NCBI GenBank assembly: GCA_002633005.1
Contig: NMRA01000566.1
Coordinates: 1-64,000, forward strand
DNA from: Phoronis australis
Lineage: Eukaryota; Animalia; Phoronida
Reading direction: 5' to 3'
DNA length: 64,000 nt
In this document: positions 38,001 through 48,914 of the stretch, piece by piece
Layout: each line of letters starts with the position of its first letter
How positions within the stretch are numbered: position 1 is the stretch's first letter
The notes under the pieces: generated by a model
Seen by the model: only the letters and a program-made list of their open reading frames with translations
What the model was told of the DNA's origin: nothing
The model's database searches: none
Position numbers and translations under genes: made by a program

Positions 38001-41000
38001 CAGCAATATTGAGAATTTAATGCAGACTTCACTCTCGATTCGTATCAAAGCCAAAACTTGACTTTGTAATGAGACAAACAACATAAGAAAGGACAATCAC
38101 TGTTTTCACAAACTCACAAATACGAAGTACTCTGTAGATTTAGGAAATTATTTCGGACTGTTTCATGCAACCGGGCACTGGACCCTAGTCGACACAGGGA
38201 TCCATTGTGGAGACTTCAGATGTTTACTGGTAATAATCGGAGGGCGTCACGTACGAAGCCGCACTCAAAATACTGCAGAAAGTGAACACCTGGCGGGGGA
38301 AATTAGTCGCTACCTACATTAGCACGAAGCCGCGAGAGATGAATTTTCCATTCTTCGACGACAAACAAAACAAAACGCTGTCTGGGCGACCTTACGTAAA
38401 GTGACGGAATTTACCTGAGGTTGTCGGTTCTCCACTTCAGCTTTTTTCTTTCTTTCATTTTCGGCTGCTGCCAACTATGCGTCGTTTATGAGGGACAGGA
38501 CTTTTGCAACCTCCATACCAGGCTTCCTTGTTTTGGCGACCTCAGCCTTTGCCGGGTCACATTTAGTGAGTTGGCGTTTTGTTAAGCGCCGGACCCTGTA
38601 ACTATTTAGCCATTAGCCGATGGCTCTCATCTGTGCTATTGTTTCAATATTGCAATTTTACTCTACAAGGTTCCCAAAGACTTCTGGTCGGAGTTCGGTA
38701 AATCTGCCGGCGTATTTCAAATTGGCGAAGTGGACAACGGTGACCCCTCTTACGTGGGACCGTATCAGGGTCCACTAACCGCCGTACTCAACTACCCATT
38801 CTTCTTCACCTTCAGGGACGTGTTTGGAAACAAGAAGTCGATGAGAGGCATAACGGACAGATATGGACAAGAGGTTTGTTAATGACACCCGTGTATAGCC
38901 GTGGTTTGAGCTCCAGGTTCAAATTCTTACCACGCTGGAAGTCAGTTCAACGCAGTACAAATGCGTTTTGTTCTTGTCTCCACTTGATAAAAAGCATGTA
39001 TAAATTTCGCTTCACGAGTCAAATCTATCCTAGGACACCATGAGGACCGGTCTTGTGCGCCTTAACCATCAGGACTTACTTTAGACATGCGCGTGTCTTC
39101 TACACCTTTTAAGAACTTGTGGGCTGTTTACAAAATAGTTGACCTACGCGGTGGTATTAATAGTACTTGTATGCATAACTGACGCATAAATCTCAAGCAT
39201 CTGAATTGTGTAAATTGCTCTACATGTATATGGCCTTGAAAATAAACATTGTCCGAACAAAATGTCATATCGATTTGATTTCAGAGCCAGCATTTCCAAG
39301 ATTTGTCTATCCTCGGTGGATTCGTTGATAACCACGACAATCCCAGATTTCTTAGCGGAAACGACGACTGGACAGCATTGAAAAATGCCCTTGCCTTCAA
39401 TATCATGGCGCAGGTTTGCACTTCTTCACGTTTGGTTCTTAATTTAATAGTCACGAGAAGTTTGTGGTAGTTGAAGACATCAATGACTTATCACTTGTTA
39501 TCTGAATCAGAAGACACAGTTTCAAGGGAGGCAGAAACGCTCCTCTGAATCAATTTTATGTTCTTTACTCGAGGGACATGTGTCTTTTGTGAGGTATATA
39601 GACCACCTATTTTTATGGAATCTTTGCCTATGAACTGTTGGTCGAGCATTTCCTAGTTGGAGGTGTCGGTTTTGAGCAGAAATAGGTTTTTACATTACAA
39701 CTCAATATCAACCTTATACTCAAGTAAACTACTAAAAATCGTTTTTTAATCCATTTACATCTTCTTGATATCTCATATGCGCGACATGATAGAATAATAG
39801 AAAGTTTCCCTGGTGCCCTAAAACCTCATGACTCTGAATAGCCACCGGAATAGGCCCATCTTTTCAGTTCAAAGAGACTTCTCCAGGTTAATGCATATTC
39901 CAGACGTGCCTTTGGTCCGCATGTTCTTGCGAAAACTATCGCTAGATCATTGCTTATCATTTTAACCCTCCTCAGTCGTCAACAATGCCGCGTTTGGACC
40001 TTCTCCTCCGTTAATTAGTAATTGATAGGTTTTTCGACATGAATGTATTTCTTCTCAATCTTTTACAGTGGATTCCTATAATTTATTACGGCACAGAGCA
40101 AGCATTTAAAGGTGGTAACGACCCAAACAACAGGGAAACACTGTGGCCGCATTACGACAATAAGCACCTTATGTACCAGGTTGGTCACGCAATGTGAATT
40201 GTCCAGGAAAAGTATTTCGACTAATTGTACATTCTTCTAATATTAGAATGTATTTATTTGCACAACTCTAGCCAAGAGCTGGTCTGTAATGTAATCTGGG
40301 CGCAAAATAGTATTATAGTGTGTTAACGTTGAAAAAATCTGAGGTCGTACGTTAAAACAACTCCGAAGTTCAAGAACAAATTCTTTGCCATACATCCCAA
40401 ACACGAAATTATGGAGCATGGTTGTGAGGAGATGAGATATCGGCAATGAAACGATAAGCATATTACTTCAATTCTCTAAAATATGCCTGATTTCTAAAAC
40501 CGATTTGCAGTTCATCCGAACCGTCACATCCTTCAGAAAAAGTCTAGGAACAGGTTTCTTCGAATCCAAACAGCAAGAGAGATGGGTTGACGATGACTTT
40601 TATCTGTTTACAAGAGGACCAGACGAGAAGGTAAGCAGGTGACGTCATTAAACCTGCTGCAGAGAAATTCTACATTATTATTTATATCTGATATACAGTA
40701 ATTGAGGAATTCGAAATCGTGGGAAGAGTTTCGTATGTATATGCAAGATGCTTGCAATTAAAGGTAATGGGATCATATGCGTCGTTAACAATGCACGGTA
40801 ATATCTGACAAAAATATGCGTGATCTCATAAGAAACTTGATCCACGGAACGCATCCCTGATGAAAAATACAGGTATTTAGATGACATAAAGAGCGCTATA
40901 TTTCCGTGTACAAAAACAGGGACAGCGGTCTAGTTTTTGTACTCGAAACCCATCTCGAAATTATTTTTGGCATTTTCCATTTTATTTAATGCTAAGTCAA

Positions 41001-42929
41001 GAAAAGTGTCCAGTTATTCTGTACCCGAATTTTGGTTGATGAGTGTGATTTTTTGTCCGAATTTGCCTTTGATGACCCTTAGATTTGAGCTGCAAACTCA
41101 AGTTCAGCATTGAAATTTCAGCATTAATATTGGGATGACTCAATACACACTAGGATTACACAGTTATTCCAACCCATTCCCAACTCCGTAAATCTATTCA
41201 AGAGTCTATTAAAGTCCAAGCAGTTAAATTAATGTGCTTGTAAATCACTGTAATATTTTACTACAATGTTTTATACACCGTAACACTCTTCAACAACCTG
41301 TAATGAGAAGACCTTTTCTTTGAGCAACGAGAACAATTGTGAAGTTGCGTGACCTGAGAGTTCTGGGATAGCTGTACTTTCATTTGAGGGTGTAATTCCG
41401 TACATTCTGCGCGAAATATAGATTGAAGCTCGTCTTGAAGCTTTAATAAGCGAAAATCTTGGCACCGAGAGTATAAACATCGACAAGATCCTGGGGCGCG
41501 CTGTAACAAGCACTTAGGACTCATTGAAGACTGTCAAGGTGTAAAGTGTATTGTATTATATTATTACAGTGAGTTACAAGCATGTGACGGCTTGAATTTT
41601 AATAGACTCTTTAACAGAGTAACGGTGTTGTGAATGGGTTATTCACCTAAGCTTTTATATACTCGAGAATAGAAAATAGATCCTTATCCCGAGTTCGCAC
41701 AAAAGTAGAATATAGGTTGATTTAGACCCAGGATTCTAGTGTACACCCAGTCGCACATTGAGCGTTTTCCCAGTCATTTCATCTAGGGTATATGTTAGTG
41801 GCAAAAATAGCAATTTGAGAACCGTACACGTTTCACTGTTTTACTTTACCAGCACTCACTTGAGCTCCAGTGGTCAAGACTCCAATATGAAGACTGATTG
41901 CGGATTTTAAATTCCCGTTTCTCCTAATGCATTCGAACTTTGCTACGCGACTTGCAGACGAAAATACTCTCGTTTTTAGACACGGTGCCTGTCTATAAAT
42001 AACGATTTACAGACGATTTACAGAGGGGATTGTAAGGGATAAGCTAACGACTTGACTAGCGTAGGTCTATTTATTACAACAGAAATATTCATTTTTCTAG
42101 GTCGTGGTTGCTTTGACAAGGAATGGTTCAGGGTCACAGCTGCAAAGGACTATTCCCAATTTACCCCACAACGACGGCACAAGTAAGTGAAAACTTCAGA
42201 AATGCCAATTTTCCGTAAGCCATGGAACTACACTTTTGTGGACCGTATCCTCAAAGTCCAGATCAAAATCATTCACTACACCCAATATCAGAGCAGGGAG
42301 GTCTAACCGGTATACTCGAAAGCGGATTCGAACTTATTTTTTGACATTTTCCGTTCTACTCCAATATAAAGTCAAGATAGTTTGTGCTAAAGTACAGTAC
42401 GTGTATGGTTTAACTCGAAGTGCATCAACTATTTGTAAACAGTACACGATAGTGCTTAGTCATCAGCATTTATCTCATAAAAATCGGAATTCCAGTGATT
42501 TAAAAGACTCAAAAGTGGGTTATAATTATATGTAACTCAGCGTTTCACATTTCGATTTCAGAGCTCACCAATATTTTCGACCCTAGCGACCAAATCACGT
42601 GCACGCAGGGGAAAATCACAGTGAGCATTACTAACGGCCAGCCCAAAATCTATTTTGCTGGTACCGTACCGCCACTTCCCGAGCTACCAACAAGACCGCC
42701 AACAACTAGCCGAAGGCCGTCCACCACATCATCGTTTCCTACCAAGTCGTCCACGCAGTCGCAAAAATCCAAAACTGTCAAAAAGTCGCATAAAATTGAG
42801 CCAGACGCAGGAACACTGGCAGTCATCGTCATCGTGAGCATTAGTTTAAGCGCTGTACTCACCGCAATATTAATTTTAGTGATATTGAAGAAGACTGGTT
42901 TCCGTTTCCGGTACGAGGTTATACGCTAG
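29026..42929 (+). CDS. alpha-amylase, GH13 subfamily 1 (fungal/Dictyostelium type), with signal peptide and C-terminal transmembrane anchor, 563 aa
   Basis: 11 GT-AG exons, 1692 nt in frame: 29026-29130, 34215-34335, 35017-35185, 36157-36301, 36947-37084, 38670-38873, 39285-39413, 40069-40179, 40511-40630, 42101-42182, 42562-42929. Motifs: [59 protein letters not shown] (nucleophile D), IGEV (acid/base E), [24 protein letters not shown]. Confidence 0.95.
31150..31420 (+). mobile_element. Helentron-associated non-autonomous element (HINE/DINE-like) 3' portion
   Basis: Short acaa/gacgg-cagac microsatellite-like run, then the stem-loop cggaattc-gaa-gaattccg (31392-31410) and an A-run. Confidence 0.5.
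37749..38177. mobile_element. PIF/Harbinger-like MITE in amylase intron 5
   Basis: 29-bp TIR tgccccgatgcatgaaacagtcccaaata versus tatttcggactgtttcatgcaaccgggca, with a 3-bp CTG target-site duplication at 37746-37748 and 38178-38180. Confidence 0.8.
41180..41630. mobile_element. fold-back element with long degenerate inverted arms in amylase intron 9
   Basis: aagagtctattaaagtccaagc...tgcttgtaaatcactgtaata...tacacc is mirrored by ggtgta...tattacagtgagttacaagca...gcttgaattttaatagactctt. Confidence 0.65.
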
Positions 42930-43128
42930 TGCATAATTTCTTTAATCTACGAGGAACAATTTCTTATTAAATGAGCGTGCAGATTATTGTATACGAAGTA
43001 CAAAGTTGTGATAAGTGAGTTTATGCAATGTGATTTCTAATTAGGTTACAGTTAATTTAGGTTTTGGATCGTGCTTTACATGTATTTAGAGTCTTTGTAG
43101 TAAAATAGAATTGTAAATATCAATTTAA

Positions 43129-43134
43129 AATAAA
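43129..43134 (+). terminator. polyadenylation signal of the amylase gene
   Basis: AATAAA about 200 nt after the stop codon at 42929. Confidence 0.5.
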
Positions 43135-43819
43135 TTAGTTTTTTAACCATTAGTGTGTCATGAAATTTGCATGTTTCTTGTCTTAGTTAGGACAGCGATT
43201 CCACAGTAAAGGTACCTACTCTGGTATTTAATTTGTCTTGAACGCTCTAGGACACAAACATTGGAGTGAGCAAGCCAGTTTCATCAATAGAATCAAATTA
43301 TTGTTTCTTTAAAGTTGGTAAACCCTTGCGTTACGTGAGTTCACATGACATAATCGTTATATCTCTCTGGTCTACACGTGCGTTTAGGACATGCGCCTCT
43401 TGTGGATTGAAACGAACGATTTCAGCCGCTGACTCTACTTTTGGTAAAACAGTAGAATCTGCACTGTTTTGCATAAAGCTTCAAAAGTTTAAAGAGGCAT
43501 GGGACATGAAAGTTAGTCAAACATACCTTTTAAACAATTTCTATTAATAAAAGTACCGTTTCGCAACCTCTACTGAAGAGTTATTCACTTTCCCTGTGTG
43601 GGATTTTCCAGAAAAAATCACAAACTTCACATTTTTAATTACGCGTTAAGGAAAAACTATGTAGTCACCACAGAGTTTCTAATTCCCTCCCATTTATTAT
43701 GTATGCGAGCATGCGTTCACGGTCATTTGACAAACAGCAGACACACAAGATTGATATTAATGGAGAATGTTACCCAATTTAATTAGTATTTTTACCGTCT
43801 TAATCGGTCTATATACACA

Positions 43820-44775
43820 TCGCCTCTTGTACGGTGGACCTCACTTTGCCGAGAGGTGTCGCGTTAACATGTGAGAAAAGGTGAGAAACGACGCAGCGAC
43901 GTCAGTGGTGCGTCTGCAGAGTGAATGCCGCTATATCGCGGTGCATCGTCCCAGCTTGTCCGAACTATGAACTTGCGAAGAAAGCGGGTCTATCGTTTTT
44001 TCGACTTCCTATAGAGCCCGAAATGCTTATAAAGGGGCTCGTGGTAGTGAATAGTGAAAGGTACATGTACGCTGTTAATAGCAAGTATGAGGCCGTGAAA
44101 CATCTCCGTGTCTGTGGCTGACATTTCGTCGACTCTGATTTCTCTGACGAATTCCGGCTTACCAAAGAACTATTCATACGTTCCGTTGCCTGTGCATATT
44201 CATGGCGCCTCACTAGTATCTCTTGATCATTGTATTCCGGTTCGAATTGATAGCCTGTGAAACCTACCGATCCGAACCGTGAAGTCTTCGTCGGATGAGC
44301 TCTTGACTAACCAAGTCGGAATTGGCGCCGGGCGAGTTGCCATGTAGACGTTTATTATTCTGCGTTCTGTTTTAAAATGAATTATTCTCATCCTAAACAA
44401 AGCTTATATAAAACTGAAACAAAGTCTGTCTCATTAGATACAATTTGCAATGCCTTTGCAGTATCTGTGAGTGCAAGTGTTGAGAAGCCAGTTATGAACT
44501 GCATTACCGGCTTTTGGTGCCGGCAATAAAGGTAATTGACCGGGCACCGATGCCGTGTGAGCGAATGCTAATTCAGTTTTTGCTGACAGAAAGCAGTAGT
44601 GAAACAACTACTCGATTTTATATCTATGGTTACATGTTAGGGAATCTTTATTCAGAAATACAAATACATAATTCAAATCATTGTTACCTTTGCCCTGGCG
44701 GTCTATGGAAGGGAAACCCGACTTCGCGGTCCCCAACAAGTAAGTAGATTTTCAGTTTCGTGGCTAGTTCCCCTT
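43820..44775 (+). mobile_element. non-autonomous THAP-containing DNA transposon relic (Kolobok-like), copy 2
   Basis: THAP ORF 43921-44121: CIVPACPN..FFRLP...LRVCG*HF. The opposite strand has GYQFEPEYND. Homologous to 5375-6300. Confidence 0.75.
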
Positions 44776-44839
44776 ATTACTTTGGTTCACAATTATAGCC
44801 TTTTCCCGACTGGAGGTTTAGTTTCCAACTCAAGCTGGT

Positions 44840-45800
44840 TGATGTTCGTGCCAGTAACGGCGGCCGCGACGGGCCTGATCGGGTTCTGAGCCTTGGTCGG
44901 CCAACAAGCGTTTTGTGTGTTTAGAACTCAAAAATCATAAGTCTAAACAACACAGTTCTAGGTTCTGTCTGTATTTCACGGAAGAATTCTTCGAATTTAT
45001 CTCCGAACTGACCCCAAACTCCTGCTATGGACCTTGGTAAATTGGCCTGCCGAACTTTGTAGGCTACGGTGTTTCCAAATACCAATGAATCTGTAACACC
45101 GAAATAAAACAACACGTTTTACTTCGAATTTCGATTATTTATTGGTGTTGAACGATGAATTCAAGCGATAACCTGACACCAGTAACCCTTGTTGTGAACT
45201 GCTGAGCAGACTGCGTGTGAAACCAATGGGGCTATTCGGAGAATTCTCCTCGCGGTGTCGCTGCTGTACCAGTGGTGATTGAATTGCGCACGCGTGGCTG
45301 TCTGCATGTAAACAACTGGTAAAAGATGGAATTTTTATCAAAATACGTCGTCGCGCTAAGCCTTATTACTGCTAATTTCCCTGGTGCAAGTCTTCGACAG
45401 GTGGCCACAAATTCCCGAAAGACCTAAGGTTACTATATTCGAGGACAATTGCGGTCAACAGAGTCAACTAACTGACAAAAAGTGTGTGGATGCTGAAGCC
45501 CCGTGTGTGCTCTATGACTATGCAGTTCCATTCGGAGACTACACAACATTACTTGGTAAGTTTTTAGCAATCAGTTTCTATCAACAGCGTTCGGTGATGT
45601 TATCCCCACCAGTTACCCCACTGAATACAGGCAAGAAAAAACAACTGAAACCAACCGCCTGACCATCTATTTCACCGTTGGACAAAGTGAAAAGCAATCC
45701 TTCAGCAATAACTTGAGAGAATTGAACGTAATTCAGACATTCAGCACCCGATATGCCTGATTATGGACTCCCTCGCAATGTTGTTTCTTTCTGTGCTTTT
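44840..45800 (+). pseudogene. decayed THAP-transposase N-terminal region
   Basis: KNHKSKQHSSRFCLYFTEEFFE resembles the THAP C-terminal motif, followed by ..L*ATVFP (AVPT-like). Multiple stops. Confidence 0.35.
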
Positions 45801-46049
45801 TCAGTTTGCCATTTGTTTTTAAATACACTGATAATTTTTTATTCTCGAATCTTGTGCATAGCAGATTCTTATCCAGCTAGCTACAATTGAAAACATACAA
45901 CAAGACAATCGATGCACTCACTGAATGTTATTTCCCCATAATCTGTACCAAATTGAAAAGTTTTTACCAATAGTATAAAGCCTTTCTTCTGAAAGGAAAA
46001 TTTAATGTCACTCAGCTTTTGGCTTTCATTTCACTAGGTTCTAGTCTCA

Positions 46050-48076
46050 ATGGCCTATAGAAGCGCTTGTAAAAAAGGTCCAGTTTCAACACATGGCTTT
46101 CTTTCATGTAACCTCATTCAGCCTCAATAACATCCACAATTAGACCCTTGAAGGTAAACACAGCAGCATATCACTTGAATCGTTTTGAGCCCAAAATCAG
46201 ACTCTGAACTAGACCAGAGTGTGACTAGGTCTTCTTTAGCTTCAGTCCCTCATGTTTCTTCCAGGAAAGGAAATAAGCTATTGTCCACACATGACTCATT
46301 GCCTATGAAAGGGCATCCTCACCAACAAGGCTTATTTGTGTAGCAGTCAGATATAGTTCGTCTGGATACACAGACACTCCACTGGCACATTGTCTTATGG
46401 TAACTTAGTACTGCCATTCACATTTCTCCAGGGCCACTGACTTGCACATTGTGCCATGCAGCACTGCTGGTGTGTGGAAGTGCTGTGGGAAGAGAACGGA
46501 GTAACAAAGCTTGTCTATGATACAGCTTGAAGTGGCCTTAAAATGTCACTGAACCTGGAACAAATATTGAAATATGAATAATTAAGTACTCCAGATTGGA
46601 TCAAAAATGTTATCCCTGTTTTTCAAAAATATATGGTGATTGGTCTACAGTTTCACATAAAAGTAAATAATTACTATTTTCAGAAACCAAGGGTGTATAT
46701 AATGAGTATTGCATAAAACTGTGTCTTTATTTTTTATCCCTAGCCATAACAATTCTTTAAACGCATCACTTGTCTGTAAAATATACAAGTTTTTTGAGAC
46801 AACTTCAAACCTTTGTTACCCATTTTCAAGCCTTTTTAATTTTGATACTTTCAGCAATTTTAAACTCAGATTACAGGTTCATGGGTCTGTCAAGCATACT
46901 TCTAGCCTAAGGTTGAGGGAACCGTTTTTCTTCTAATAGAAGATATGAAGACTTGGGTCATTTAAAAATGATGGATAATCTTTCTGTTGTTTAAGAGTAA
47001 TTACAAATCGTAAGGCACCATCAAAAATGCAATTTTCACAAAAATGGCAGTCATTTGAATTTATAACGACTTGCAACATTTCAAGGCATGAGTTAAGACT
47101 ATTCAGTCACTGTGAATTCGGAAAATGTAATATATTTTCGTGGTTTTACAATTGATACAAGTAGCAAAACAGTTTCGTGAAATCAACTTGAAGGGACTTC
47201 GTGAAGGTTAAGAATTACCTCACCATGCTCTTTTCCCCAAACATGTATTACCTGTTATTTCCACACATTCAGTTGTACCAAATATTACAACCCCCCATGC
47301 CAATCCCCCCTCGGGACCTGAATAAGTAATTTAACAAAATGACTTTAAAAATAGCTGTTCCTTTTCAAAGGCTTTGTTCGTTGTCTCCAATATTGAAAGT
47401 AGGCTTTGACAACAGATCTGCACTGGATGGGAAGATCTTGTTGGTTAGCTGCAGTCAAATGCTAAAAACCAATTTTTGTCCATTCAGGGACGGTGCAGAA
47501 GCGATGCATATCTCCTCTGCACGGTACAAGCCTTCAAACCTAAAAACCAAAGGTTACGTGAAAACTGACGTGATAGATTTCCATTTCAACGTGTAATAGA
47601 TTTCCAGAAGACATATGATAGGGAGTAAACAAATAGTCTAATGCAATGGATATTTATCACTCACGTACCCTTTGCCATTGGGATTGGATTGTAATCTTAA
47701 CTCATTAACCTGTATCGAGTTGACAGCATAAACATTCAGCATTGATTGATGTAACTGTCACTGATAAACTTTTAGAAATCATTCCAAACAATAATAATGC
47801 TTTGATGTACGAAAAGATCCCGATTGCTACGTAAAGTATCGTATCACACATCACAACATACAAAGATTAACCAGATTCTGGCTGGCGACTGACTGCCGCG
47901 AAGTCGACATCGACGAGTACCTCAGTTAACAGGCATCGGTAGAATAATCATGGAATAATCGTTAAAATAATCACAAACCTTACCTTTGTATGAGGTTGTG
48001 CTTACTTCCTCTCATAGAAGCACCCTTTTTACGCAATCTCAGATTCAGTTGGCACGGTTGCAAGCCATTTCACCAT
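46050..48076 (-). pseudogene. decayed, intron-containing SAP + YqaJ/lambda-exonuclease gene of a DNA transposon (Kolobok/ISL2EU type)
   Basis: First exon QLNLRLRKKGASMRGSKHNLIQR (SAP-like) with a gtaagg donor at about 47984. Later pieces: AVLHG..ALEK..SGVSVYPDELYLTA..LV and ..VFTFKGLIVDVIEA..VLKLDLFYKRFYRP (YqaJ-like C-terminus), with stops and frameshifts. A TTAA-AGG terminus-like motif lies at 48290-48308. Confidence 0.55.
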
Positions 48077-48914
48077 GTATTTAAAGGGTTCGCGAAATCG
48101 AGGCTGTTAATCTATCACCACTAGTACACGCACACCCTCTAGTTATTGTAGATTTTCCGAATAGCCCCATTACGTCGTTGGATAATTTCAACACCTCCGT
48201 CTGCCGTCAGGTGTCAGGTAACGCAACCGAACGTGCCGTTATTAAGTAGAACTATTCGATCTAAATTGATACACAATGGGTTGTTTTTTGGGTGGCGTAC
48301 TCCTTTAATGGCAGTTTATTATGTGTGATCGCTCTCCGAATCTGAGACCGACAGCACAGTATGAGGCAAGCCAGCTGAAGCAAGCGATTTTCCAAATGAA
48401 TCCCAAGAGTATTTTAAAACACATTTGAACACTACGATACTTTTATAACTAATTTTAAACAGTTAGGACTTAACAGCAATTGCATGTTAATCGGACTGCC
48501 TACTGCTTGAAGTCGCCGTGGTTTTGTTTACAGCAAAGGTCAAAAGTCGCAATTTCTATAATATATGGAAAATGTGCTAGTGTATGTCTTGCCACGCCAA
48601 ATTTTTTTGCCTTGTAGGAGAAAAATCGACGAAATGACGAGCAGTTTACAGGTCTGTCTTATTTAATTTAAAACAACATGTAAAAGACAAAAGCTTTGAC
48701 ATCAACAGAATTTCAAAACTTTTACGCCAACAAATCGTACAAACACCTGGTGAACATGTTGCATTCTGTTTCAGTGGCAAAGAACCTCTTTGAATATTGC
48801 AATTCATTCCGTTTTTCTACTTCCAAGCCTCTTTAAGACCGTCCACTGATTCCGACTTCACGTAAATGTCAGTCGTAAGCTATTGATCTAAGTATGCAGA
48901 CAACCGTATTTCCA

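Noticed and set aside
29026-42929. Fungal contamination or recent horizontal transfer of the amylase
   Set aside because: Long TE-filled introns carrying the same TACATGTA signature and MITE families as the rest of the window show it is a resident host gene
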